Positions 40,991 through 56,442 are shown, counted from the stretch's first letter. The stretch is 64,000 bases of DNA from Octopus sinensis (GCF_006345805.1 NC_043020.1:12524001-12588000); one strand, 5' to 3'. Program-made: numbers and translations. The notes: a model not told the origin generated them from the letters alone.

Positions 40991-41401
40991 GGATCTTTTC
41001 GGTTTGAACGGCAGTTTTTAACATAATTTCTAAGTAACTAAAAAATTTTTAACTTCGTGTACTGGTAGAATGTGTTTATAAAACATATTTTTCTCTTGTC
41101 TTTATTGAGAAAATTCTATAGTTTGTAAGATATTTGTTGTTGTTTTTTCTTCAACTTCTGCAATTTCAACCAATCAGTGACGTCTATTGAGTTAAAAAGC
41201 ATTCTGTGCCGTATGAATATGTCCCTCGTTTAAGAAACAGATTGGGTTTATTTACATTTGTGAAGAAAAAAAGATACCCTTCCCCCACCCCTAACCCTAA
41301 AACAGATTGAAATGCAGTAGATTGACATTAGGGTCATAATTATGGGTGACAATTTCATATGACACCGCAAGAAAAAACTGCCGTTCAAACCGAAAGGATC
41401 C
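40991..41401. mobile_element. MITE with ~30-bp terminal inverted repeats
   Basis: GGATCTTTTCGGTTTGAACGGCAGTTTTT ... AAAAAACTGCCGTTCAAACCGAAAGGATCC. Confidence 0.75.
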
Positions 41402-41898
41402 AGTAAAACAAAAAATAATAGCATATAGAATATTGGATTTAAAAAATAGGCTTGGGTGGAAAAAAAAAGTAGAAGGTTGCCGATGAGCCACGAACGCACA
41501 TCTTTAGGTCAACAGACAAGCGTACTAACCATTACACCAAAGCAACATTATGTTTTGTATTTGTTCATATTAGAAGCTTTCTTCTTACCAACAAGAACTG
41601 CAAAGAAGGTTTAAGTTGTAAGAATTTAGAGACTTCGAAAGATATGGAATAAATTATTTTTAACGATGGAACTCGAAGTAAATAAAGCTATGAATAATAA
41701 CGAGTAGAATATTAGTTTTAAAAAAAACCCTTGGATGGAAAAATCGATGACTGCTCTTTTTAATATTTTTATTGGGAAAAAGGATCGATTTTGTAATTGA
41801 TTGTGATATACATGTATCGATTATTTTTGAATGCAGCGAATTCCTTTCGATATGCACCCCGACAGAATCACACAATTTGCAAACCAAATGTTGAAATA

Positions 41899-42283
41899 TC
41901 TTTATATATAAAAGTCAAGTTGTGTCTCTGTCTCCTACGATTTAGATTCCTAACTACTCCCACATTTTGCGGTGCAGTTTAACCAAAACCGGGTATCTTA
42001 TAGTCATGATTCATTTCGAGCCCTTCTGAGTATTAGCGCGCGTCTACGATTTAAAAAAAAATTTACCATCATTTTTTCCCATTTTAATGCATTTTCACGC
42101 TATTATATAAGGGAAGTAACTCTCTAAAAATGTCTACGGTGAGTCAACGATTTAAAAAAAAATTTACCATAATTTTTTTTCCATTTTAATGCATTTTTTT
42201 CTATTTGTTGGCTATAACTCTCTAAAAATGCATATATAGTTATTTCCCTTAGAAACCCGAGCAACGCCGGGTGATACTGCTAG
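41899..42283 (+). mobile_element. Non-autonomous Helitron
   Basis: A|TC 5' end, subterminal hairpin CCCGAGCAACGCCGGG, 3' CTAG|T; near-identical to 53742-54140. Confidence 0.8.
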
Positions 42284-43156
42284 TAATAACTAAATTTATT
42301 CGGTATTATCGCTCACATGACAACTAATCTAAAGAAAATTTTTGATGCAGATTATGCGATATCTCATGCTCTTGAAAGCGTATCTTATCTTGGGATTAAA
42401 TCAGATTCATTTGAAGTTAATGGTTTGCGATTTGATATTTGAAATGTTTGCTTCAAAATCTTTGCAAACGCAACCCGGATTCGACATCATCACAAGTCCG
42501 GGTCAAATGCAAATTAAGTCGTTATCCTTTCAAAAAAAATTTTTTTTTTTTTAAAGTAACATGAAATTTGATATTTTACCGAAATGAAAAACTAATTTTG
42601 CTGTCGCCAAAACAAAATATATTTACCATGTTGCTTGTCAGGTTTTGTACGGAATTCATGTTGTGTTGCATTAAATTGTGCAGCAGTTTGGAAGTGAATG
42701 CAGCAGCAGAATATGAAATTAAGAAGAAAATAGCTGAAAACTGGAACTGGAGGAAAGAGGCAGGGGTAAAAAAAAAAAAAAAAAAAGGCGGTAGGGGTGG
42801 CAAAGGAGAGAAGGGCGAAAGAAAGGAGGTATTCAAAAAATAGTATTTGATCGTGATAAAAGAACATTAGAACAATTGGGACATCGGACGGAGCCAAATA
42901 AGGTAATGTTTGGGACATGTCTGGCAATCAACCAACTCGGTAGGAAGATCAATAAATCGATAATATTGTATTATATTTAGAGACACACACAGGCATAGGC
43001 ATGCATGCCTACATACACACACACACACACATACACACACACTCACACACACACACACTCACAACACACACACTCACACACACACACACACTCACACACA
43101 CACACACACTCACACACACACTCACACACACACACACTCACACACACACTCACACA

Positions 43157-43199
<43 letters not shown>

Positions 43200-43280
43200 C
43201 TGGTATATACAGGCATGAAAGCATATATACAAATATTACAGGCATAAACATGAATACATTTTACACACAGACACAAACAC

Positions 43281-43317
<37 letters not shown>

Positions 43318-43880
43318 GAGATAGGGGGCAGCACTAGGCAGATATGGTGTTTTTACACCTTTTTACCACAAAGAGAGAATTTTTTTTTCCTCTGTGGTAA
43401 CTGCAGTTAATTGACTCTTTCTTTACTCTTTTACTTGTTTCAGTCATTTGACTGCGGCCATGCTGGAGCACCGCCTTTAGTCGAGGAAATCGACCCCGGG
43501 ACTTATTCTTTGTAAGCCCTGTACTTATTCTATCGGTCTCTTTTGCCGAACGGCTAAGTGACGGGGACATAAACACACCAGCATCGGTTGTCAAGCAATG
43601 CTAGGGGGACAAACACAGACACACAAACAAACACACACACATATATATACATATACATATATACGACGGACTTCTTTCAGTTTCCGTCTACCAAATCCAC
43701 TCACAAGGCTTTGGTCGGCCCGAGGCTATAGTAGAAGACACTTGCCCAACATTTGGTTGGTAAGCAAGCTACTTACCACACAGCCACTCCTTTAGAAGTT
43801 TGAAATATGTCACAGACATATTTTAAATAACCTAAAGTACGCTCATACTTAAACACTGCTTGTCGCTGATACAGCTGAAT

Positions 43881-43970
<90 letters not shown>

Positions 43971-44035
43971 ATTACATATATATAGGTGTGTGTGTTAAAT
44001 AAAATGAGACAACAAAATCCAAGGCAGTGGAGAGA

Positions 44036-44972
44036 TACCTACTACATACGTGGGAAATTCTGTCTGTGGGTGTGTTTGTGGAGTTGTTAGCTAACTCCTC
44101 CTACATCGTTTTATCGATTTTGATGAAACTTGACACGTGGGTAGAACTCATGTCTGGAAACCTCATGGCATACTCAGATTCTTGAAAAAAATCGATAATA
44201 GGGCCCCTAGAAGGGATATTTATAATATATATCTAATATATTTTATATTAAAATCCAAGGGAAATAACCCAATCGCCCCTGGAAGGTATCTTATATATAT
44301 ATATATATATATAATATATCTATATTATATATATATAATATATATATAATGTATTTGAATATATATAGCCAAGGGAAATAACCCACTCATATTCTAAATT
44401 ATTTGGTATATAAATCAATTGAGTATGCTTATTTCTCAGTATTTGAACTGTTAGAGTTATTTCCGCAATTTTTCCAGTACAACCCTTAAACAATTAAATA
44501 GTATTTTCGTAAACAATAGATCCACTTATTTCAGTTAGTGACTTATTCATGAATATACCAACACTAGCGCCCCCGAGGGTAATATTTTCTGGGAACGCAC
44601 AAAAGCTCTTTTCAGAATTATTTACTTTGAATTGTTATCTCATATCTGATTAGCCTAAACCTTATTAGTATTTCCTCCTAAGTTCTATATACTCTGGGAG
44701 CGCATTAAAGCCCTTTTCGGGGGTACTTTATTTGAATTCTTACTATTGGGTAAATAATTTCATGTTATTACATAACTGACTTCACAATCTGGGTATTCAT
44801 AACTTATTGGGATTTCTTAAAAACAAGATCCTGTATAAGACAGTTCGGTATTCTCTGTAAATGCACAAAAACCGTTTTAAGGGGTATTGTTATTGGATTA
44901 GCGACCCATTATGAGAACGGAACCAAGGGATAAGACCCCGCTTTCCCGGGAATTACCGGATACGTCAGCTAG
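44036..44972 (+). mobile_element. Non-autonomous Helitron, second family
   Basis: Ends CCGG-GAATTA-CCGG hairpin then CTAG|T at 44969-44973; 5' boundary approximate. Confidence 0.55.
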
Positions 44973-45418
44973 TAGAAAGTATAAAGGGAACTCTGAGGAT
45001 TCTACAGAACCAGGAACTGGCATGAAGTCCTCTTCAAAATGCTATTGCGAACGTCTTTACTGATGCCCAGAGTTTCTCCAAAAACATCACCATTCATATA
45101 ATTCGTCATCCTACAAAATACCCTTCGTTTGCCCTCAATATTCCCTTCCTTAGCCCTCAATATAATGGAATGGTTAAGGTCGCCACCGACTGTATTTCCT
45201 AGCAGACAGCATTTTAGATACCAAACCTTCGTTCTTGGATGATATATGCTCCAAGACTTACATTGACCCCCAGTGGTTAACTGATACTTATTTTAACAAC
45301 TCTGGAAGGATGAGAGCCAAAGGTGACCTGAGCGGAATTTGATCTCAGAATGTAAAGAGCCAAGAGAAATATTGCTAACTATTTTCTCCAGCATTGTAAC
45401 GATTCTGTCAGTTCACCA

Positions 45419-45461
<43 letters not shown>

Positions 45462-45462
<1 letters not shown>

Positions 45463-46024
45463 GCCCTGATGCAGTACCAAGCAGTGGCTCTCATGGCTTC
45501 TGATCTTAACTAATTGGAAGAGTTATCATGTACATTGTTTTGTCTTGGTATAAAAGATGGGCTACAGCAAGTATTCTGCTCAATACCACAGATTTACAGA
45601 TTTGCTTGTCAGTTGTTTGACCTTAACCAGTTGAGCATGTCCCTTAGTGGCTGACGATATGTGCATCTCTGATCACGAGCAGAAGTAGTGGGGGAGCATC
45701 ATAGCCATGTGTTGAGAAGGATTCTTTGGGGTTGAATAATTCACCTCTGGAAACATGGGTGTTTCGTTCAACGTCCTAAACAACCCTTATTCAGGGACCT
45801 TTTGAGCGGGATGGGTTACTCGATCTGAAGAAAAATTTCTAACTGGGCTCCACCTGCAAGGTCATGTGCTGTTTATCTTGATATGAGATCACCATGTCGC
45901 GCACATATGGTTGTGATGCATGTGCCTGGTGTACCCTTATCAGACGGGTAATCATGATGGGTATACTGGGCTTCGTATATATTACCCCAGTGTCACTTTG
46001 ATGGCATGCTCTGCTCGCTCACTC
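45462..46024. mobile_element. 565-bp element embedded in an (AAT)n microsatellite
   Basis: (AAT)n runs on both sides (45423-45461, 46025-46060); non-repetitive interior; family not assigned. Confidence 0.55.
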
Positions 46025-46060
<36 letters not shown>

Positions 46061-47126
46061 CCTTTCTGCTGTAGGCACAAGGCCTGAAATTTGAGGAAGG
46101 GGATTAGCCGATTACACTCGTACTTAATTTATCGACCCCGAAAGGATGAAAGGCAAAGTCGACCTCGGCGGAATTTGAACTCAGAATGTAGTGACAGAAG
46201 AAATACCGCTAAGCTTTTCGCCCAGCATGCTAACGGTTTTGCCAGGTCGCCGCCTCAAAAAAATATTTTTCTACTATAGGCACAAGGTCTAATATTTGGA
46301 GGAGAGGGATAGTCAACTACATCGACCCCTGCCAAGCAGCATTCAGAGAGCACAAACCTCTCTTGCTTACCAACCACATGGTTCCAGGTTCATTCCAAGT
46401 GTGTGGCACCTTGAGCAAGTGTCTACTACTATAGCTTCGGGCCAACCAAAGCCTTATGAGTGGATTTGGTAGACGGAAACTGAAAGAAGCCTGTTGGAGG
46501 TAGTACTAAAACAATTAAGTATGAGTTCCATAAACATAGTGACTTCCTAAAGCAACAACTTCATAATCACCATCATAGAATAGTGATATCTTAAAAAGAT
46601 ACTGGGGGTAATCCCCTCCAGAGTAAGAGCAAGGTTTTAACAAATAGATGAAAAATAAAAATTTGTAAAAGCATACAAAAGTTTCGTAAAGTTTATTTCC
46701 AGAATAAATATAATTTTTTAAAAAAGTTCCAAAAAATATTGAGCATTTTTTAATATTTCAAATGTTTAAATTTCATTCTTTTTTACTTTTTACTAGAATA
46801 TTCTGTGACAAGCAACAAACAGCCATGTATACACACATACATATACATATATTCAACATACGTACATACATACATACATACATACATACATACATACATA
46901 CATACATCTACATACATGTACACATCTATATAGATATGTATATATACACACATCTATATACATCTGCATATATATATACACATCTATATACATATGCATA
47001 CATACATACAGCTACATACACATGTAATATGCATATATTTGTATAAACTCACACATATACATAAAAACCCACAAGCATTTGAACATATATGCATACAAGT
47101 GGGGGGGACACAAACATCTATGTATC

Positions 47127-47159
<33 letters not shown>

Positions 47160-48074
47160 GTATATATAATATGAGGGAATATTATTCCAAACTTACAGGA
47201 AAAAAATTCAATATAATATATAATATAATATAATATATATAAGTAAATTAGAAAAACAAACCCTCCTTTTATCAATTCAATAATGAAAAATTAAATTATA
47301 CCATTTAGAAAAATTACATCTTATAGAAAGATTAAATACAAGATAAAACATATAACAATGATTAAGTAATGTGCAAAATAATAAATAATATAGAATAGAT
47401 AAGATATCATTGTTATATGTTTTATCTTATATTCAATCTTTCTATAAGATGTAATTTTTCTAAATGGTATAATTTAATTTTTCATTATTGAATTGATAAA
47501 AGATGTTTTTTTTTCTAATTTATATATATAACATATATACATATATATACACATATACATATATATAATATATATACACATATACAGATATACACATATA
47601 CAAATATACATATATATACATATATATACATATATATACATATATATATACATATATATAATATATATATACATATATATACATATATATACACATATAT
47701 ATACATATATATACACATATTATACATTATATACATAATATATACACATATATATACATATATATACACAATATATACTATATATACCATATATATACAT
47801 ATATAATACACATATATATACATATATATACACATATATATACATATATATATATACATATATATACATTATATTATACATAATATAATAATATATAATA
47901 TATATACATATTATACACATATATATACATATATATACACATATATATACATATATATATACATATATATATATACATATATAATACATATATATATATA
48001 TACATATATATATAATATAACATATATATATTATAATATATATATAATATATACATATATATTATATATTATAC

Positions 48075-48109
<35 letters not shown>

Positions 48110-48267
48110 CAATTATATATATATATACATATATATATATACATATACATATATATATACATATTAATAATATATATCTATAATATATATACATATACAT
48201 ACATATATATACATATATATATACATACTATATATACATATATATATATACTACATATCTACATATA

Positions 48268-48378
<111 letters not shown>

Positions 48379-48482
48379 CATATATATACATATATATACA
48401 CACATATATATATATACACACACATATATACACACACCACACATATATATACACACATATATATATACACACATATATATAT

Positions 48483-48522
<40 letters not shown>

Positions 48523-49099
48523 CCATTCTTATGCAGGGATGGATGGATACATACAAACGTAATACATGCATACATACATACATACACACACACACACAAC
48601 ACACACACACATACACACACACACACACACATAATCCTAAAGTGACAGGGATAAAGCTTCTCATTACCAATTTCTTAGTCAGACTTAAGGCCACAGACAC
48701 CATCCAACCAAGACCGTTCCTTGACAAGATAATTTATTTATTGACCTAGGTTAACGATTAAAAGGTAAATTGTACCTTAGAACACAAGAAACACAACTGA
48801 ATACAGCAACAGCATTTTTTCGTTTGATGCTCTACCGCTTTTGTCTTCTTTAAAATATAAAAAGAAATTAAAATAAATAAATAAAACCTAGAAAACAAAA
48901 AAAATAAATAATAATAATAATAACCCTCCTCTGCCGAGTGGCTGTGTGCTAAGTAGCTTGCTAACCAACCACATGGTTCCGGGTTCAGTCCCACTGCGTG
49001 GCATCTTGGGCAAGTGTCTTCTAACATAGCCCCGGGCCGACCAATGCCTTGTGAGTGGATTTGGTAGACGGAAACTGAAAGAAGCCTGTCGTATATATG

Positions 49100-49130
<31 letters not shown>

Positions 49131-50325
49131 TTGTGTGTCTGTGTTTGTCCCTCTTGCATTGCTTGACAACCGACGCTGGTGTGTTTACGTCCCTGTCACT
49201 TAGCAGTTCGGCAAAAGAGAACGATAGAATAAGTACTGGGCTTACAAAGAATAAGTCCCGGGGTCGATTTGCTCGACTAAAGGCGGTGCTCCAGCATGGC
49301 CGCAGTCAAATGACTGAAACAAGTAAAAGAGTAAAAGAGAGAGTAAGAGTACACCATAATTTCCTAGTTCTTGTGACATCAGTTCAAATAATGGAACTTG
49401 CTTCACTTTTGTTTGCTTGTTTCTTTGGTTTCAATAGAATAAATAAATAAATAAATAATGTGTACGTGACAAAAAGTGAGGAATACTAGAAGTTGACATT
49501 TCCTAAATTACAATCAGTCTCAGTTCTTGTGTGACAAAGGGCAACGTCTTGGAGTCTTCTGTTACCAAGGTGATTCATAGCGTCTGCGTTATTGGGTTCA
49601 TCTGAAAAGATAAAGTGGTAGAAATAGGTGATATATATATACATATATATAGGGAGGGCATCCAGCTGTAGAAACTCTGCAAGATCAGATTGGAGTCTGG
49701 TGCAGCCATCTGGTTCGCCAGACCTCAGTCAAATCATCCAACCCATGCTAGCATGGAAAGCGGACGTTAAACGATGATGGTGATATTATATGTGTTATAT
49801 ATATGATATATACTCTATCTTTACTCTTTTATTTGTTTCAGTCATTTGACTGCGGCCATGCTGGAGCACCGCAGTCAAATGACTGAAACAAGTAAAAGAG
49901 TAAAAGAGAGAGTATATATATATATATATATATATATACTCTCTCTTTACTCTTTTACTTATTTCAGTCATTTGACTGTGGCCATGCTGGAGCACCGCCT
50001 TTTAGTCGAGTAAATCGACCCCAGGACTTATTCTTTGTAAGCCTAGTACTTATTCTATCAGTCTCTTTTGCTGAACCGCTAAGTTAAGGGGACATAAACA
50101 CACCACCGTCGGTTGTCAAGCAATGGTGGGGGGACAAACACAGACACACAAACATATACACACATATATACGACGGGCTTCTTCCAGTTACCGTCTGCCA
50201 AATCCACTCACAAGGCTTTGGTTGGCCTGAGGCTATAGTAGAAGACACTTGCCCAAGGTGCCACGCAGTGGGAATGAACCTGGAACCATGTGGTTGGTAA
50301 GCAAGCTACTTACCACACAGCCACT

Positions 50326-50395
<70 letters not shown>

Positions 50396-51176
50396 GTACA
50401 TACATCGCTTAACAACCGATGTTGGTGTGTGGTAAGTGTCTTCTACTATAGCCTCGGGCCGACCAAAGCCTTGTGAGTGGATTTGGTAGACGGAAACTGA
50501 AAGAAGCCCGTCGTATATATGTATATATATGTGTGTGTGTGTGTTTGTCCCCCCAGCATCGCTTGACAACCGATGTTGTTGTGTTTACGTCCCCGTAACT
50601 TAGCGGTTCGGCAAAAGAGACTGACAGAATAAGTACTATGCTTACAAAGAATAAGTCCTGGGATCAATTTCTTCGACTAAAGGCGGTGCTCTAGCATGGC
50701 CACAGTCAAATGACTGAAACTAGTAAAAGAATAAAAGAATATATAAACATCTAAATGTTTATACATGCATTGTCATCTCAATATTTTCAATTTTTGCTTC
50801 TGTGTGTGTGTGTGTGTATTTTTTATATCAAGTCTAAGCATGCTTATTTGGATCACTCTCTCTACACACACACATATGTATACACACATACATATATATA
50901 AATATATATAGATAGATACATACATACATACATCATATATACAAACATACATACATACACATATATAATATTTAAACTGGTGTTTGTCTTAATTTTCCAC
51001 TATATATATACATATAGGCATAGGAGTGGCTGTGTGGTAAGTAGCTTGCTTACCAACCACATAGTTCCGGGTTCAGTTCCACTGCGTGGCACCTTGGGCA
51101 AGTGTCTTCTACTATGGCCTTGGGCCGACCAATGCCTTGTGAGTGGATTTGGTAGACGGAAGCTGAAAGAAGCTTG

Positions 51177-51224
<48 letters not shown>

Positions 51225-53741
51225 TGTGTGTGTGCGTATATGTTTGTGTGTGTGTGTTGGTCGCCTCCAACATCGCTTGACAACTGATGCTGGTGTGTTT
51301 ACATCCCCGTAACTTAGCGGTTCGGCAAAAGAGACCGATAGAATAAGTACTAGGTTTATAAGCCCTGGGGTCGATTTGCTCAACTAAAGGCGGTGCTCCA
51401 GCATGGCCACAGTCAAATGACTGAAACAAGTAAAAATGTAAAAGAGTAAATATATATATGTGTGTGTGTGAAACCTAATTTTTATATGACTGTCACATTT
51501 TCTAGGTTTGTGCTAAAATGAGGTCTGCCTATTAGAGAAAATGTTACTGAATTATCTGCGAGCGTAAATCACTTTGTTATTTTAATGTTATTTATTTACC
51601 CAAGTTGTTCGCACAGCAGGTGCTTGGTAAATACTTCTAGAAGAAGAACAACAAGGAAGAGAGAAAGAGAGAAAGAGGGGAGGAGGGGAAGGAGCGTTGG
51701 GGGCAGAAGGACTTCTGTTGAAATAAGAGAAGAAAAAAAAGGAAAGAAAACATGAACTTTTGATGTGAGTGTGTGGTGTGTGTGTGTGTGTGTGTGAACA
51801 TGTGCATGAAAATGCCTGTGTGAATATGTGTGTGTTGTAGGAAGAAGCATAGTACTGTGTGAAATACTGTGTGTAATCACGTGTGAAAATCTGCGTGAAT
51901 GTATGTGTGAAAATGTTGTGCATGAATGAATGTGTGTGTGTGTGTGTGAACATGTGTGTAAAAATGCATGAGTGAATATGTGTGTGTGTGTGTAGGAGAA
52001 TGCATATGTGAGAATGTGTGAAAGTGTGTGTGTACATACGTGTGAAAATGCATGCGTGAATGTGTGTGTGTATATATGTGTGCATGTGAATATATGAGAA
52101 TGTGTGTGTGTGTGTGAACATGTGTGTAAAAATGCATGTGTGAATATGTGTGTGTGTAGGAGAATTCATATGTGAGAATATATGTGTGGAAGTGTGTGTG
52201 TAATTATGTGTGAAAATGCATGCGTGAATGTGTGTGTGTATGTGAATATAGAGGAATGTGTGTGTGTGTGTGTGTGTGAACATGTGTGTAAAAATGCATG
52301 TGTGAATATATGTGTGTGTGTAGGAGAATGCATATGTGAGAATATATGTGTGAAAGTGTGTGTACATATGTGTGAAAATGCATGCGTGAATGTGTGCGTG
52401 TGTGTGTGTGTATGTGAATATATGAGAATGTGTGTGTGTGTGTGTGTGTGTGTGTGACAATGATTGTGATAAAATGCATTAATAATTGTGTGTGAATGTT
52501 GTATGTATGTGTGAACATGATATGTATGTTGTGTTACTGTGTATGTTTGTGTGTGTGAGAAGAGAGAGAATGATGTGAGAAATTGCATGTGTGAATGAAT
52601 GTGTGTGTTAGTGCAAATATGTGTAAATGTATAGAAACGCGTGTGCACGAACATGCACATATGTGTGTACGTGTGTGTATGTACTTGTGTATGTGTGTGT
52701 GTGTGAGAGAGAGAGAGAATGATTGTGAGAAATTGCATGTGTGAATGAATGTGTGTGTGTTAGTGCAAATACGTTTGAACATATGGAAACACGTGTGCAC
52801 AAGCATGCATGTATATGTGTGTGTGTGTGTGTGTGTGTGACTGTGTGCATGCGTATTTGTGCAGATGTATTGTGTGGGGGGCAAGACAAGGGAACAATAC
52901 TATCACTTACTTTTCTCATTCAAGTACTGCGTGAAGGCAGCCAAAGGGTAGAACATGGACTCATTGTCGAAGGCAGAGGCTGGGTCATCTCCTGTCAACA
53001 CTGAAAAAAAAACACACAGCAAAATTAATATATACAGACATAGAAACATAGATGCAGAAATGGCTTTGTGGTAAGAAGCTTGCTTCCCAACCCCATAGGT
53101 TTCGGGTTCAGTCCCACTGCTTGGCACCATGGACAACTTATATCTCTTTATTACCCACAAGGGGCTAAACATAGAGGGGACAAACAAGGACAGACATAGG
53201 TATTAAGTTGATTACATCGACCCCCAGTGCGTAACTGGTACTTAATTTATCGACCCCCCCCGAAAGGATGAAAGGCAGAGTCGACCTCGGCGGAATTTGA
53301 ACTCACAATGTAACGACAGACGGACAACTTTCTTTGATTATATCTTCAGGCTGACCAAAGCCTCCCAAGTGGGTTTGTTAGACAGAAACTGAAAGAAGCC
53401 CATTGTGTGTGTGTGTGTGTGCATGTCTTTGAGTCTGTGTTTGTCTCCAATCACCGCCTGACAACCCGTGTTGTGTGTTTATGTCCCCATAACCTAGTGG
53501 TTTGGCAAAAGAGACCCAATAGAATAAATACTAGGCTTTAAAAAAGATAAGTCCTAGGGTCAACTTGTTTGACTAAAATCCCTTCAAGGTGGTGCTCCAG
53601 CATGGCCACAGTCTAACGACTGAAGCAAGTAAAAGGTAAAAGAGAAAAGACATATAACAAAAATACGGTCAGAGAAAATCACTTCTTTAATTGTAGAATT
53701 CACCTCACAAAGCCAACAATTGTTTCTATTGTATTAACATA

Positions 53742-54140
53742 TCTTTATATATAAAACTGAAGTCGTGTGAGTGTCTGTCTCCTACGATTTAGATTCCTAA
53801 CTACTCCCACATTTTGCGGTGCAGTTTAACCAAAACCGGGTATCTTATAGTCGTCATTCATATCGAGCCCTTCTGGGTATTAGCGCGCGTCTACGATGAG
53901 TCTACGATTTAAAAAAAATTTACCATCATTTTTTCCCATTTTAATGCATTTTTTCACTATTATATAAGGGAAGTAACTCTCTAAAAATGTCTACGATGAG
54001 TCAACGATTTAAAAAAAATTTACCATAATTTTTTTTCCATTTTTAATGCATTTTTTGCTATTATTTGGCTATAACTCTCTAAAAATGCTTATATAGTTAT
54101 TTCCCTAACAAACCCGAGCAACGCCGGGCGATACTGCTAG
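53742..54140 (+). mobile_element. Non-autonomous Helitron (same family as 41899)
   Basis: A|TCTTTATATATAAAA ... CCCGAGCAACGCCGGG..CTAG|T. Confidence 0.8.
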
Positions 54141-55078
54141 TATATATATACAAAATACCATTGAAACTAATATTTCCAGAAATACATGTTAAGGCAATCT
54201 AAAATTATTTAAATTCAAAATGAACTAAGGAGATATTTCCAGTACACAAACGCATACAAAAAGCCCACTAAGAAGAAATATAATCTGAGAATAGCTATTT
54301 TAGTATTTAACTCTTTATTCTTTTACTTGTTTCAGTCATTTGACTGCGGCCATGCTGGAGCACCGCCTTTTAGTCGAGCAAATCGACCCCAGGACTTATT
54401 CTTTGTAAGCCTAGTACTTATTCTATCGGTCTCTTTTGCCGAACCGCTAAGTAACGGGGACGTAAACATACCAGCATCGGTTGTCAAGGCGGCCAGCTGG
54501 CAGAAACGTTAGCACGCTGGGCGAAATGCTTAGCAGTATTTCGTCTGCCATACGTTCTGAGTTCAAATTCTGCCGAGGTCGACTTTGCCTTTCATCCTTT
54601 CGGGGTCGATTAAATAAGTTTACGCACTGGGGTCGATATAATCGACTTAATCCGTTTGTCTGTCCTTTGTCCTCTCTGTGTTTAGCCCCTTGTGGGTAGT
54701 AAAGAAATAGGTTGTCAAGCGATGTTGGGGGAACAAACACAGACACACAAACATATACACACATATATATATATATATTATATATATATATATATATATA
54801 CATAAATTATTAGAGAGTTACCACTATGTGGATAGCTCTAGTGCTGAAAATAGCTCTGATAGTATAGCCACAGAAAAGACATTATGTTATTTCTAATTGG
54901 AAACATCTTTTCTGTGGCTATACTATCGGAGGTATTTTTAGCACTAGAGCTATCCACATAGTGGTAACTCTCTAATAATTATGTATAAATTTGTATTTTC
55001 TCCCTAGTTTTTTGTGCTAAGCCACTTGGTGTTAAATTAATGGTATTATTAAATTAATATCAATTTTTCACCCTCATT

Positions 55079-55119
<41 letters not shown>

Positions 55120-56149
55120 CAAGCTTCTTTCAGTTTCTATCTACCAAATCCAGTCACAAGGCTTTGGTCGGCCCGGGGCTATAGTAGAAGACACTACTTG
55201 CCCAAGGTGCCACGCAGGCTGACTTTGTAAGGTGAATTCTACAATTAAAGATGTGATTTTCACTATACGTATTTTTGCTGTCTGCACACCAACACTGGTT
55301 GTCAAGTGGTGGTGGTGGTGGGGGGACTGACACACACACACACACACACAAACACATACGCATATATATATTTATATATACGACAGGCTTCTTCAGTTTC
55401 CGTCCACCAAATCCACACACAAGACTTTGGTTGACTCAAAACTATAGTAGGAGACACTCACCTAAGATGGCATACAGAGGAACTGAACATAGAACAATGT
55501 GGTTGGAAAGCAAACCTCTTACGACACAGCCACACCTAAAAAGAAAACTAAAAGAAATAACAAGCAAAGAAATTTGGAGTGGAGGCCTCCATTGGATTGC
55601 TCATACACCGATGGGGAGATCTGGTCAAGTATTTTGAGAAATACTGGCAGTTATTCCTGCATGCAAGTCTTCTATCTCCACACCGCTGATATATATCCAA
55701 GAGAAAGGTTGCCACCTTGGGCCAGTTCTGTTTGATGCCACAATTGTTGCAGACTACAAAGAACTGGATCAGATCTACCTGCAAGGTGTCACCCACCTTC
55801 CACAGAAACCATTAACAGATTCTATTTCTTTATTACCCACAAGGGGCTAAACACAAAGAGGACAAACAAGGACAGACAAACAGATTAAGTCGATTACATC
55901 GACCTCAGTGCGTAACTGGTACTTAATTTACCAAGCCCGAAAGGATGAAAGACAAAATGGACCTCGGCGGAATTTGAACTCAAAGCATTTCGCCCGGCAT
56001 GCTAACATTTCTGCCAGCTCGCCACCTTCACACCGCTCACCTTGGGCCAGTCCTGTCTGACACCACAAAGAACTGGATCAGATCTACCTGCAAGGTGTCA
56101 CTCACCTTCCACAGAAACCATTAACAGATTCACCAACCTATCAGCTTGG

Positions 56150-56400
56150 ATTGTCACTTTTTCAATGCCCCATAGTCTTCATCGCCTTCCAGGAAAATTC
56201 CTCCACATCTGAAGCACCCATGCCTCTCAAAACACTGTGCACAACCCATTGCTTCATCACAATAAGCTTGCCAAAGCATGCTCAATCTCTCTGTAGCAGA
56301 CTTCTCAAGCTTAACATAAAATTTCACACTGGCTCTTCGTTCCAACTTCCTGTCCATGGCAAAAATCACAGAACACAATTGTACTCCTCATTGCAAAAAC
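56150..56400 (-). mobile_element. Mariner transposase N-terminal (HTH) remnant
   Basis: ERRASVKFYVKLEKSATERLSMLWQAYCDEAMGCAQCFERH..F..G..LEGD matches the mariner N-terminal pattern. Confidence 0.8.
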
Positions 56401-56442
56401 ACAAATTTTGCGACTTGCAAAGTAAACAGAGATGTCACTCGA

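Noticed and set aside
41289-41300. CCCTAACCCTAA telomere-like motif
   Set aside because: Only two units, inside a MITE; not an interstitial telomere.
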